A stretch of DNA of 57,988 nt from a virus: positions 1 to 57,988 of IMG/VR virus record IMGVR_UViG_3300031965_000033. One strand, 5' to 3'. Every line of letters starts with the position of its first letter. The first letter of the stretch is position 1. A program made the translations under genes and the position numbers. Under the pieces are notes generated by a model. The model saw only the letters and a list, made by a program, of their open reading frames with translations, had not been told where the DNA came from and did not search any database. This document shows positions 35,773 to 44,531 of the stretch, one piece after another.

Positions 35773-36162
35773 ATGGCGTGGGAAGGTCCAATGATCAAAG
35801 CGCCCGCGCTCGTCGCGGCCGGCGATCTCTCAACCAAGCAGTATTACTTTGTGAAGCTGAGCGCGGCAAACACGGTTACGGTGTGCACCGGAGCGACCGA
35901 CAAGCCGTACGGCGTGCTCCAGAACACCCCGGATGCTGCGGGCGAGCCTGCTGAGGTTTGCGTATTCGGCTTCACCAAGGTCAGCGGCGACGCCAACCTT
36001 GCGTACAACGATTCCGTCGGCACCTCGGCGGACGGACAGGCTGCGACCTACACCGTGTCCGATACCACCAAGTACATCGTCGGAGTTGTTCAGGAGGATA
36101 ACGCGGCGGCCGGTGGCCTAGCGACGATCTTCCTTCATGGGCCTGGCCGGGTCCTGGCCTAA
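35773..36162 (+). CDS. Head decoration / cement protein (DUF2190-like)
   Basis: 129 aa between scaffold and capsid genes. KQYYFVKL...GVLQN...GEPAEVCVFG pattern recalls DUF2190. Confidence 0.65.
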   Translation: MAWEGPMIKAPALVAAGDLSTKQYYFVKLSAANTVTVCTGATDKPYGVLQNTPDAAGEPAEVCVFGFTKVSGDANLAYNDSVGTSADGQAATYTVSDTTKYIVGVVQEDNAAAGGLATIFLHGPGRVLA

Positions 36163-36183
36163 GCCGAGAAGGAGTAACGTACG

Positions 36184-37134
36184 ATGGCTCAGCCCACACT
36201 CAGTTCAGTCCATATCAATCAGCCTTTGACACAGATTAGCGTCGCGTATCTGCAATCGGTAGATCACTACATCGCGACGAAGGTCTTTCCGATCGTGCGC
36301 GTCGGTAAACGCACGGACAGCTACTTCATTTACACCAAAGACGATTGGCGTCGCGATGAGGCGAAGATTCGACCACCGGGAACCGAGTCCGCTGGCTCCG
36401 GCTACGGGCTCAGCACAGCGACCTATACCGCCGACGTGTTCGCGTTCCACAAGGATGTCGACGGGCAAACACTTGCCAACTCAGACGATCCGCTGCGACC
36501 GTACGAGGACGCGACAGAGTACGTCACCCAGCGCTTGCTGCTCCGGCAGGAAAAGCAATGGACGGCCGACGCATTCGTCACCGGCGTGTGGGGCACCTCG
36601 ACTACACCCTCCGCGCTGTGGAGCACCTATGCGACGTCGGTCCCGATCACCGATGTCGAAACCGCGAAACGCACCATCTTGATCAATACCGGCTTTATGC
36701 CGAATACGATGGTGGTCGGGTACGACACGTACATTCAACTGATCAACCATCCCGATATCGTTGACCGGCTGTCGAACCAGTCAGACCGAATTGTCAACGA
36801 AGGGAAGCTCGCCTCGATCTTCGGACTCCCGAACTTCTATATCGCCAAGGCCTCGGAAAATACCGCCGTTGAGGGCGAAACCGCGGTCAACGCCTTCGTC
36901 CAGGGCAAGCACGCCTGGGTCGGCTATGTTGCGCCGAATCCATCGCTGTTGACTCCGAGCGCGGGCTACACCTTCGTCTGGGATTCCGTCTCGGGCGGCA
37001 TCGGTGAGGACATCGCGATCATGCGGCTCGATATGCCGTGGATCGACAGTGTGCGGATCGAGGGGCAGCTTGCATTCGATAATAAGTTGGTCGCAACAGA
37101 TTTAGGTTACATGTTCGTTGATGTGGTCGCATGA
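36184..37134 (+). CDS. Major capsid protein (lambda E / Mu T-like, HK97 fold)
   Basis: 316 aa after the scaffold and decoration genes. GAAGGAG RBS. The N-terminal QPLTQISVAY..ATKVFP.V.V region resembles Phage_cap_E-type capsids. Confidence 0.85.
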   Translation: MAQPTLSSVHINQPLTQISVAYLQSVDHYIATKVFPIVRVGKRTDSYFIYTKDDWRRDEAKIRPPGTESAGSGYGLSTATYTADVFAFHKDVDGQTLANSDDPLRPYEDATEYVTQRLLLRQEKQWTADAFVTGVWGTSTTPSALWSTYATSVPITDVETAKRTILINTGFMPNTMVVGYDTYIQLINHPDIVDRLSNQSDRIVNEGKLASIFGLPNFYIAKASENTAVEGETAVNAFVQGKHAWVGYVAPNPSLLTPSAGYTFVWDSVSGGIGEDIAIMRLDMPWIDSVRIEGQLAFDNKLVATDLGYMFVDVVA

Positions 37135-37161
37135 CCTAGCTAACAGTTAGGAAGGGCAACC

Positions 37162-37392
37162 ATGAGATTTCAAGTACTTCGCCCGGTTGATCTCGGTAGT
37201 GGCATCGTGCAACCGGGGGAGATCGTGACGGATGACGGATGGGCGGATCGACGGGCGCAGCAGATGGTCGCACAGCGATTGATCACGCCGGCCGATCCGT
37301 TCCAGCCGGGTGATCCAGTGCCGACGGTCGGTCGACAAACACAGACACAACGACGGGGCTCGCGCGGCGTGTCCCAGTCGCAGCGGAGGTAA
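37162..37392 (+). CDS. Hypothetical protein
   Basis: 76-aa ORF with GGAAGGG RBS. Confidence 0.5.
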   Translation: MRFQVLRPVDLGSGIVQPGEIVTDDGWADRRAQQMVAQRLITPADPFQPGDPVPTVGRQTQTQRRGSRGVSQSQRR

Positions 37393-37398
37393 CACCCA

Positions 37399-37929
37399 AT
37401 GGGTAACGCACTGAATATCGGAGCGTTCAGCGTCGATGCGATCACGAACGCAGGGATCGCAGACGAGGCGTTCGGCGAAGAGCACTACGACGCGTATGCA
37501 ATGGCGGCCCTAGCGCTCGGCAAGCGGGTCACTCGCGACACGGCCACGCTTCCGGCTGGAGTCGCGACGCCGTATTTCACGGTCACGGGCGGGCCGATTC
37601 TGCTTGTGCAGATTTATGGCGTGGTCACCACGATCGTGCAAACGCAGGCATGTAATGCCAAATTGATCGCAAACCCGACCACTGGATCTGATGTCGATCT
37701 GTGCGCGGTGCTTAACATCACAGCGGCTGCGGCGGGCAGTTTCTTCACCATCACTGGAACGGTTGCTGACGCGCTGTTGAATCTCGTTGCTGTCAAGGCA
37801 ATGGTGACTCCGCTCATCATCCCGGTCGGCTCGATCGACTTATCGATGTCGGCAACGAATACAGGTGCGACTCGCTGGGTGGCGCATTACCTTCCACTCG
37901 AAAGCACGTCAGTCCTGGCGGCTGCCTAA
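37399..37929 (+). CDS. Hypothetical structural protein
   Basis: 176-aa Ala/Thr/Val-rich ORF. Confidence 0.55.
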   Translation: MGNALNIGAFSVDAITNAGIADEAFGEEHYDAYAMAALALGKRVTRDTATLPAGVATPYFTVTGGPILLVQIYGVVTTIVQTQACNAKLIANPTTGSDVDLCAVLNITAAAAGSFFTITGTVADALLNLVAVKAMVTPLIIPVGSIDLSMSATNTGATRWVAHYLPLESTSVLAAA

Positions 37930-37956
37930 GTCGAGGTTTGAATCGGGGGTCATTGG

Positions 37957-38304
37957 ATGAATCGCACGCACGGAAAAGAAGTCATCGGTGCGCTCGCGCT
38001 GAAACCATCGACCGCGACCGGATCAGCCAACGCATCAACCTGTCACGCCGCAAGCGGCAAGATCACGACCGAATCGGCCACGACCGCGGCCGGAGCGACG
38101 TTTACCGAGACGATCACGAACGATCAAATCGCGGCAGCGGATATGGTCTTTGCCTCGGTGACAACGACGGGGACAGGGTCTCCCGTGGTTACGAAGGTCA
38201 CGCCGGGGGCTGGCTCGGTGGTGATCATTATTCAAAACATCCATGCGTCGGCCGGATTCAATGCGGCGCTCGTGATTTCGTTTGCCGTGCTGAAGGCGAG
38301 TTGA
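37957..38304 (+). CDS. Hypothetical structural protein
   Basis: 115-aa Thr/Ala-rich ORF; the last gene before the terminator. Confidence 0.55.
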   Translation: MNRTHGKEVIGALALKPSTATGSANASTCHAASGKITTESATTAAGATFTETITNDQIAAADMVFASVTTTGTGSPVVTKVTPGAGSVVIIIQNIHASAGFNAALVISFAVLKAS

Positions 38305-38343
38305 CCGGTCCGGTAAGCGGTCACATGGATTGACGCAAACGCG

Positions 38344-38377
38344 GGGGCGGACGAGTGCAAGTTCGTCCGCCCCTTTT
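38344..38377 (+). terminator. Intrinsic terminator after the head operon
   Basis: ggggcggacga-(loop)-tcgtccgcccc followed by TTTT. Confidence 0.8.
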
Positions 38378-38397
38378 CAGTCAGGAGCTATCGATCA

Positions 38398-38604
38398 ATG
38401 CCAGACACCGCACAGATCACTCTTCACGTTCGCATCCGTCGCGTGTGGCCGCTCCATGTGGCCGCGCTGGTTGCACGCGTGTGGCCGTCTGTCGGTCGGT
38501 GGCTGTTCTGCCGGGTACTTGGTATGCCTCGCCTTGACTATCGCACGGGCAAACGGTGGCAGCCACTCGGATCGATTGATGACTTGTTTGAGGTGACGTG
38601 CTGA
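38398..38604 (+). CDS. Possible small protein
   Basis: AGGAG upstream; the stop abuts the next ATG. However, the product is Arg/Val/Trp-rich and contains three GTGTGGCCG-type DNA repeats. Confidence 0.35.
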   Translation: MPDTAQITLHVRIRRVWPLHVAALVARVWPSVGRWLFCRVLGMPRLDYRTGKRWQPLGSIDDLFEVTC

Positions 38605-38605
38605 T

Positions 38606-39031
38606 ATGGCGTACGACCCGACAGTAGCTGGCAGCGGTCGCAATCTCGTGAGGCACTACCTCGGTGGGGCGCTCACGAACGATGTGCTGACCGACGACGA
38701 GATCGACTTGTATTTGACGGGCGGGGCGCTCGCCAAATCAAGCACGATCCTGGCGGCTGTCGCGTGCGGCGAATATCTGCTCAGGCAGGCCAGCTACCAC
38801 GTCGATATCCGGGAGGGCGGCGCATCCGCCACGCTTTCGCAACTCGCGCCGCAGCTCCGGTTGATGGTTGCCGAGTTGCGAGCCGTCGCGGCGGGGGCGG
38901 CTGGGCCTACGGCGCTGCTGGCATCGATCAATGTCGACTCCGCGGGCAACACCCGCCTGCCGTCGTTCACGCGAGCGATGGGCGATATCCGGGACGATGC
39001 GCCCAAAGCCGTGGATTGGGCGGACGCATGA
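38606..39031 (+). CDS. Head-tail connector/adaptor (putative)
   Basis: Called by position: the first gene of the connector block. Confidence 0.5.
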   Translation: MAYDPTVAGSGRNLVRHYLGGALTNDVLTDDEIDLYLTGGALAKSSTILAAVACGEYLLRQASYHVDIREGGASATLSQLAPQLRLMVAELRAVAAGAAGPTALLASINVDSAGNTRLPSFTRAMGDIRDDAPKAVDWADA

Positions 39032-39381
39032 GCTTCCTGCTGCAACGCCAGAACGCCGCCTTTCAGCGCGCCCTTAGGCCATTCAAGGGGCCGGACACGG
39101 GCACCGGTTCGTGTGAGGTTCGGTATGCCGCCGATGCCTGGGTGGCTGGGGATTCCTACGCCTGCCATTATGAGATGACGCCACCAAAGACGGGCGCTTC
39201 GATCGACTACGAAGCGGGCAACGGCTACGGCTATACGGTGTGGTTTGACGAGGTCCCCGCGACGGAGCCCGTGCCGGCCGATACCGTGATTGTGAACGGT
39301 ATCACCATCTCCGTGCAGCGGGTGCCGGAGCGCGGCAACCTGACGCCGGGGTTCCGGATCGAGGGGGTGGGTCGTGGTTGA
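39028..39381 (+). CDS. Head-tail joining protein (putative)
   Basis: ATGA overlap at 39028 (the ORF opens at 38764). Confidence 0.5.
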   Translation: MSFLLQRQNAAFQRALRPFKGPDTGTGSCEVRYAADAWVAGDSYACHYEMTPPKTGASIDYEAGNGYGYTVWFDEVPATEPVPADTVIVNGITISVQRVPERGNLTPGFRIEGVGRG

Positions 39382-39865
39382 TTCCACCCTCCATATCGAC
39401 ACGAGTGATATTCGCAAGAAGATTTACTACAAGTATGGGCGTCCGGCGGTCGACATTCTCGTCGCCGAAATGCGCACCGCGTTCCAGGATTCCGGCAAGA
39501 TCGCGCAGCACGAAGCCAATGTCCTCATCACGGGTGGCGAGGAATCGAACCTCGCGAAAGCGTCCACCGTCACGGTACGCGAAAGCGCACGGGATATCTC
39601 GGCGATCGTCTCCTGGGACGGCGCGCGATCCGCGACTGGATTCCCCTACGCCGCGTCCGTCAATACCGGACGTAAGGCGTTCGGGCCGATCACGGCGAAG
39701 GCGCTGCGCTTCGAAATCGACGGGGAAGTCATTTATACGAAGTGGGTCAGGGCGTTCCCAGGGATTCAGTTCACCAAGCGCGGAACCGCGAACGCGCGGC
39801 CGAAGATCATCGCCCGTATGACGAAGATGCAGCACAACGTGCATCGTAGGCTGGCAGCGCCATGA
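39374..39865 (+). CDS. HK97 gp10-like tail-completion protein (putative)
   Basis: GFPYAASVNTGRKAFGP resembles the gp10-family core. Position fits. Confidence 0.45.
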   Translation: MVDSTLHIDTSDIRKKIYYKYGRPAVDILVAEMRTAFQDSGKIAQHEANVLITGGEESNLAKASTVTVRESARDISAIVSWDGARSATGFPYAASVNTGRKAFGPITAKALRFEIDGEVIYTKWVRAFPGIQFTKRGTANARPKIIARMTKMQHNVHRRLAAP

Positions 39866-40317
39866 GCCTCCTGGCCGCGCTCGCGGTGCTGCAAACCCGG
39901 CTTGATACCATCGTCAGTTTGACCACGGTGGTTGACGAGATCACCGAGCTCGATCCAAGCGCCGCTGAATTGCCCGGGATCTGGATGAAGGTCGGCGCTC
40001 CGATCAGTGGACTCGATGAAGAGCTGGGCACGATGGACCGCATGACGTTGATCTGGCCGATTGATCTGTACTGTCTGTGCTGCATTCGATCGAAAGACAT
40101 CGCCGTCGACCTCTCGCTCACGATTCCGATCCTCGAGTCGGTCATCGAATCGATCAACGGCAACTTGACGCTGTCGAACACGCTCGACGGTGTGATCACC
40201 TACGCCAATCCCATGACCGACGGACCGGGGGTCATTCCCTGGAAGCAGACCGCGTATACGGGGTTCGTGCTGCACACGAGGCTCCCGATTCTGACGAGTG
40301 CCACGTACGGCGTCTAG
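39862..40317 (+). CDS. Tail terminator-like protein (putative, by position)
   Basis: ATGA overlap; 151 aa, upstream of the major tail gene. Confidence 0.45.
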   Translation: MSLLAALAVLQTRLDTIVSLTTVVDEITELDPSAAELPGIWMKVGAPISGLDEELGTMDRMTLIWPIDLYCLCCIRSKDIAVDLSLTIPILESVIESINGNLTLSNTLDGVITYANPMTDGPGVIPWKQTAYTGFVLHTRLPILTSATYGV

Positions 40318-40326
40318 GAGGTCTTC

Positions 40327-40668
40327 ATGCCAGAGCCAGTCGTTATCTACACATTCACACCGCAATTCGAGGGCGCGTATTTGAAGGATGTGCCGAAGCG
40401 CGATTTGACCGCAGTCGACGTCGCCAACATGACCGGGGCGCAGATGCGCGATGCGTTCAGTCCGCATCCTGTCCACGGCACGCCGCTCTATACGCCGGTC
40501 GATCCATCGAGCGCGCCGGACTTTTCGCACGTCCATGAGGCGCCGATCGAGATCATCTCGGAAGAAGAGCAGGCGCAGCGCCGGGCAGCGGGCGCGGCCG
40601 AAGCCAAACGCAAAGCCGACGCCGCGAAAGCGACAACGAAAGACACGGGCAAGGACGGTGAATCATGA
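40327..40668 (+). CDS. Hypothetical protein
   Basis: 113 aa with a Lys/Ala-rich C-terminus. Confidence 0.55.
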   Translation: MPEPVVIYTFTPQFEGAYLKDVPKRDLTAVDVANMTGAQMRDAFSPHPVHGTPLYTPVDPSSAPDFSHVHEAPIEIISEEEQAQRRAAGAAEAKRKADAAKATTKDTGKDGES

Positions 40669-41909
40669 CGGTTCCAGTCGGACCTCCAAACTATCAGCAG
40701 CTCGTGCGGACGCAGGTCGGCGTTGAAACCATCCGCGGCACCTCCGTCACCAAAACCAACAAGTGGTACGGTCGCCTGGCCTTGACCCGCCGTCAGCCTC
40801 TGGCCGATTCCGAGGACTTCGACGGCTCGTTCTTCGGTGACGTCGAGCCGGTCCGTGGCGCGATGATGGTCGACGGCACGTACTACCAGCCGATGGCGTA
40901 CGAGGATGTCCATCTGTTGCGCTACGCCGTCAAAGGCGGGGTGACGCCGGTGACCGATGGCGAGACGACGCCGGGTTATCTCAGCACCTTCCGCCACACC
41001 GGCAGCCGCGATGATCTCGATACCGCTTCGATCGAGTACGGCACGCCGGAGATGATCTGGGCGTGCAACGGGATCATGTTCCCGGAGTTCACATTTTCGA
41101 GCGATATCGACGATCCGCAGGCAGTGTGGAAATTCAACGCTCGCGCGATCGGACTCTCAAAGGACCTGAAGGCCGGACTCGATGACGTCGCCGCAACGTC
41201 CGGCACAACCACCACGTTCGTCAAAACCGCGTGGGGCTTGACGGGCTCCGCACACGTTGGCGCATGGATTCATGTCAAGAGCGGTACCGCCGGCAATATC
41301 GGGCTGTGGCGCGAAGTCACAGCCAATGACACCACGTCGTTAACCTTTGCCGCGCTGCCGTCTGCCGTGGCGTCTGGCGATGTGATCGACGTCTATCCGG
41401 TTTTCACAGCCGCTGTCGCCGATCGCGCACGTGAGAAGATCATCGGGCCGGGGACGAAACTTTACCTAGATCCGCTAGGCGGCACGATCGGAACGACTGA
41501 GATCACCGGGCGCTTTATTTCCTGGAGTGTCACGAGCCAGATCAACGCTGCCTACAAGCGCTTCCAGGACAATGTCGCCACAATGTCGAACCGGGTCGAT
41601 CGCGGCACGATCCGGATGACGGGTCAGGTGGTGCTGGAATTCGACCGCAAGGCCGAATGGGATCTGTACAAGGCGATGACGCCGAGCTTGATTCGCATCG
41701 AGCAAACCGGCACGACGATCGACGCCGGCGCCGGTACGACCAAGAGCGCGACGATCGATCTTTACCGTGCGGTATTCGATGATCCCACAGAAACAATACG
41801 TGGCAACAATGTTATCGCCACGTGGCCATTTAGAGCGTACAAATCCGTTGCTGAGTCTGTTTACGGAGAGTACGCGCTGAAGACAACCGCAGCGGCATTG
41901 CTGGCCTAA
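40665..41909 (+). CDS. Major tail protein (putative)
   Basis: ATGA overlap. At 414 aa, the largest gene between the connectors and the chaperones. Confidence 0.5.
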   Translation: MTVPVGPPNYQQLVRTQVGVETIRGTSVTKTNKWYGRLALTRRQPLADSEDFDGSFFGDVEPVRGAMMVDGTYYQPMAYEDVHLLRYAVKGGVTPVTDGETTPGYLSTFRHTGSRDDLDTASIEYGTPEMIWACNGIMFPEFTFSSDIDDPQAVWKFNARAIGLSKDLKAGLDDVAATSGTTTTFVKTAWGLTGSAHVGAWIHVKSGTAGNIGLWREVTANDTTSLTFAALPSAVASGDVIDVYPVFTAAVADRAREKIIGPGTKLYLDPLGGTIGTTEITGRFISWSVTSQINAAYKRFQDNVATMSNRVDRGTIRMTGQVVLEFDRKAEWDLYKAMTPSLIRIEQTGTTIDAGAGTTKSATIDLYRAVFDDPTETIRGNNVIATWPFRAYKSVAESVYGEYALKTTAAALLA

Positions 41910-41912
41910 TCG

Positions 41913-42215
41913 ATGAGCTCATCCCCGCTCACCTGCCGGTGCGGCCGCATCCTGGCGACGAGGCACCACGGTGGGCGGGTGCATGTCTGTGAGCGGATCG
42001 GGGTCGTACTGGAGCCGACGGGGCAGTTCGGGCCGTTCGCGCGGTTGACGTGTGTGTGCGGGGCAGCACGGAACGTGACGATGGCGCGGGGATCGGCTAC
42101 GCCGGGGGATCGGGACTTGCGTTTACGCGATCTATCCAGTCCGCGATCCGTTCAGGATGATACAACCGGACATCTGTCAGTCGATCAAAGATCCCCGGAT
42201 GTGCCGCACGCATAA
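41913..42215 (+). CDS. Possible zinc-ribbon protein
   Basis: The N-terminal half has CRCG...HVCE...CVCG. The 3' 118 nt overlap the convergent gene 42097..42429. Confidence 0.35.
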   Translation: MSSSPLTCRCGRILATRHHGGRVHVCERIGVVLEPTGQFGPFARLTCVCGAARNVTMARGSATPGDRDLRLRDLSSPRSVQDDTTGHLSVDQRSPDVPHA

Positions 42216-42429
42216 CAGTCAACTCACGGCAATTGGTCAATCGTCTAGCGTCTTCCCACTTTTCAATCCAGCGACCTCCGCGAGATCGCACCACAAGCCG
42301 GACGCGATCCCCGGCATTGCCGACGTTGAATCCGCAGATGTACGCCTTCGCTCCAACAGATGCGACGTTGGTTGCCTCTGCATAGTTGCAGGCGATGGCG
42401 CGGACCTCGTCCGTATTCGGTTCGCTCAT
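42097..42429 (-). CDS. Hypothetical protein (island operon gene 4)
   Basis: ATGA-coupled to the upstream gene; 110 aa. Confidence 0.6.
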   Translation of the reverse strand: MSEPNTDEVRAIACNYAEATNVASVGAKAYICGFNVGNAGDRVRLVVRSRGGRWIEKWEDARRLTNCRELTVMRAAHPGIFDRLTDVRLYHPERIADWIDRVNASPDPPA

Positions 42430-42608
42430 TCCTCATCCTCGTTGAGTTCTTGGATTCGACTCAAAGCAACCGCGTTGCGAAGACGACGTATGAGACTTGC
42501 CTCAACGTCGGTGATTGATTCGATTGCGAGTTGCTGGAGGTGGTCCCATAGCCATGCGGCATCCTGGTTCTCAAACGTTACGACACGGACGGTTTGGTTC
42601 TCTCTCAT
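42426..42608 (-). CDS. Hypothetical protein (island operon gene 3)
   Basis: ATGA-coupled on both sides; 60 aa with an acidic tail. Confidence 0.55.
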   Translation of the reverse strand: MRENQTVRVVTFENQDAAWLWDHLQQLAIESITDVEASLIRRLRNAVALSRIQELNEDEE

Positions 42609-43141
42609 TTATCATCCTCCGGCGTCAACTCCCGTGGCTCGACACCGAGCGGCGTCTTCTTCCGGCCGCGTCCTGGAATAAGCAGCGCCGAGATAATCCT
42701 AACGTCACGATCATCAAACACGAGTAAGCGGGCACCGATCTGCGAACCGAGCCCGTGCTTCGCGGCTAGCTTGCGAACGTGAGCGGCTGAGATGCCCAGC
42801 CGCTCCGCTACCTCTTGGGTAGTGATTGGGACAGTCGGGCCCGATGCTAGTTGAGTTGGCCGCGAAAGATTGACGATGGTATCCCCGCGCTCTCGAAGGC
42901 GATCCATCCATTCAGCTTCGGAACCAATGAGATCATAAGCGTGCTTGATTTCCTCGAGGCATTCGAAGGAGAAGGTAGACGGCCCGTCTTCAGTCCAAGC
43001 GTTCTGAAGATGTTCGTTGTAATGACTCTTTCTCTTCAATAGGGCGCGATGATTCGAAAACCGAGACTCAATGTTGATACTACTGCCGACATAGGCAATT
43101 CCTCGGCCTACACTTCGAACGGCATATACCCCTATCGTCAT
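42605..43141 (-). CDS. GIY-YIG nuclease with C-terminal helix-turn-helix
   Basis: GVYAVRSVGRGIAYVGSSINIESRFSNH..HYNEHLQNAW (GIY...YIG...R...N). C-terminal ITTQEVAERLGISAAHVRKLA. Confidence 0.85.
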   Translation of the reverse strand: MTIGVYAVRSVGRGIAYVGSSINIESRFSNHRALLKRKSHYNEHLQNAWTEDGPSTFSFECLEEIKHAYDLIGSEAEWMDRLRERGDTIVNLSRPTQLASGPTVPITTQEVAERLGISAAHVRKLAAKHGLGSQIGARLLVFDDRDVRIISALLIPGRGRKKTPLGVEPRELTPEDDK

Positions 43142-43317
43142 TTGATCCCCATCTCCTTCCGTACTCGTTCAATCTCTGTTGGATCGAACCGCCGATATCC
43201 GCTCAGTAATTTAATCATCGGAACCTTGCCGGCGTCGGCCCACGTCCGCAATGTCGTTGGGTGAACTCCAAGCCGTCGGGCCGCTTGAGCGATCGTCAAG
43301 AGTTTCGATTCTGCCAT
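43138..43317 (-). CDS. Excisionase/MerR-type HTH DNA-binding protein
   Basis: ATG 43317 lies 6 nt after AGGAGGG. LLTIAQAARRLGVHPTTLRTWADAGKVP. The ORF opens at 43596, but that part is upstream of the promoter. Confidence 0.8.
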   Translation of the reverse strand: MAESKLLTIAQAARRLGVHPTTLRTWADAGKVPMIKLLSGYRRFDPTEIERVRKEMGIK

Positions 43318-43336
43318 CTCGTACCCTCCTGCGCTC

Positions 43337-43365
43337 ATCATACCAAAATAGAACGACTTTAGCAA
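43337..43365 (-). promoter_or_regulatory. Leftward island promoter TTGCTA-17-TATGAT
   Basis: On the minus strand, ttgcta (43365-43360), 17-nt spacer, tatgat (43342-43337). Confidence 0.6.
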
Positions 43366-43371
43366 GAACGC

Positions 43372-43400
43372 TTGACTTTTACAGTAGACTTTGATAGACT
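43372..43400 (+). promoter_or_regulatory. Rightward island promoter TTGACT-17-TAGACT with GACTTT repeats
   Basis: ttgact at 43372-43377 and tagact at 43395-43400. GACTTT occurs at 43355, 43374, 43387 and 43397. Confidence 0.6.
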
Positions 43401-43437
43401 TTAGACATTGAATCGGACGACAGAAACGGAGACGGAC

Positions 43438-43629
43438 ATGACACAGGCTGAGATGAGAATCGAAAACATGAAGCACCTGACCGATGCGGACCTGGTCAAG
43501 CGAGCCCTGACCGACGATCACACGAGCGCATACCGCAGCAACCACTACATCTCTTCCCCGACCAACCTGTACCGAGCGGAGTTGCAGCGGCGACAAGCGG
43601 TCGCCGCAACGGAATTGGTGGCCGCGTGA
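43438..43629 (+). CDS. Hypothetical protein (island, rightward gene 1)
   Basis: ATG 43438 after GGAGACGG (the ORF opens at TTG 43408). Confidence 0.5.
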   Translation: MTQAEMRIENMKHLTDADLVKRALTDDHTSAYRSNHYISSPTNLYRAELQRRQAVAATELVAA

Positions 43630-43883
43630 TGGTGACCTTGACGAGCAAGCTCTACAAAGGACTCGAGTGGTCGACGGATCGCGCGGAAGGCGTGACCTCG
43701 ATCGAGCACGCGGCGCGAATGTTGGCGCGGTGGACGGCGATGTATGCGCGGCCGGAAGCGATCCAGGCCGGAGCCGATGCCAAGTTCTGGTTCCGGCGGG
43801 ATGATTACAATTTATTAGTAACCGTACAGAATGTGTCCATTGACGATCTACGAGCGGCGTACCGGCAACTCCGCGCGTCGTGA
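43626..43883 (+). CDS. Hypothetical protein (island, rightward gene 2)
   Basis: GTGA overlap; 85 aa. Confidence 0.55.
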   Translation: MMVTLTSKLYKGLEWSTDRAEGVTSIEHAARMLARWTAMYARPEAIQAGADAKFWFRRDDYNLLVTVQNVSIDDLRAAYRQLRAS

Positions 43884-44006
43884 GCGCTTGTCATGACGAT
43901 TTGATCCCGCGCTTCTCCGCTAATTCGCGTATCAAAATCTCCAGCATCGCCGTCTTATCGACGCCTTGCCTTTCCGCCATTTGAGCTCATCAAAACGCTG
44001 GAAGAC

Positions 44007-44531
44007 TTGGAGTACGACATTCCCGCCGAGGCCACGCACGAGGAAATCCTTGAAGCCATCAAGAAAGTCGCAGCTCAGCGGAACGGCAATACCTTCCGGC
44101 GCAACGAAGACGGATTGTTCCTGAGCGGCTACCAGATCAAAGCCATGCTGAAAGAAGCAACCGCGATCATGTTCCCCGGCGGCAACGGCGACGGAACGCA
44201 CAAGTGGGGAATCACGAGAAAAGCGCCGCGCTCGTATCTTGCGGAACGTGTGTTTGTGGACGAATTAGCGGTGCCACTCGGACGCACGGAACCGGACGGA
44301 ACGCACCTACAGATCGGACAAGTCAAGAGTCCGAAAGGGCAACGGTCCACGCTGACCTATGTGGATTATTGCGAGCAACCGACAATATCGTTCACGATTT
44401 CATCTGCGCAAGACTGCATCGATCGCACGAAGTGGACGGAGATTTTTGTGTTGAGCCAGCGGCTGGGACTTGGGGCGTTGCGGTCGATGGGCTACGGTAC
44501 ATTCAAAGTAACGGCATTTGATAAGGCATGA
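44007..44531 (+). CDS. RAMP-like protein (Cas6/Cas7-type glycine-rich loop); function unknown
   Basis: C-terminal GLGALRSMGYGTF fits the GhGxxxxxGhG loop of RAMP proteins. N-terminal LSGYQIKAMLKEA resembles the [ST]xhKGxhR motif. TTG start is uncertain. Confidence 0.5.
   Translation: MEYDIPAEATHEEILEAIKKVAAQRNGNTFRRNEDGLFLSGYQIKAMLKEATAIMFPGGNGDGTHKWGITRKAPRSYLAERVFVDELAVPLGRTEPDGTHLQIGQVKSPKGQRSTLTYVDYCEQPTISFTISSAQDCIDRTKWTEIFVLSQRLGLGALRSMGYGTFKVTAFDKA

Noticed and set aside
38441-38485. Three GTGTGGCCG-type repeats after the head-operon terminator
   Set aside because: The motif is short, and the repeats fall inside a possible small ORF (repeating RVWP). There is too little evidence for a regulatory role.
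43890-43979. 29-aa minus-strand ORF (MAERQGVDKTAMLEILIRELAEKRGIKSS) upstream of the RAMP-like gene
   Set aside because: It is very short with no convincing RBS. It may be chance, and is noted only because it lies in the 123-nt gap before the uncertain TTG start of 44007..44531.
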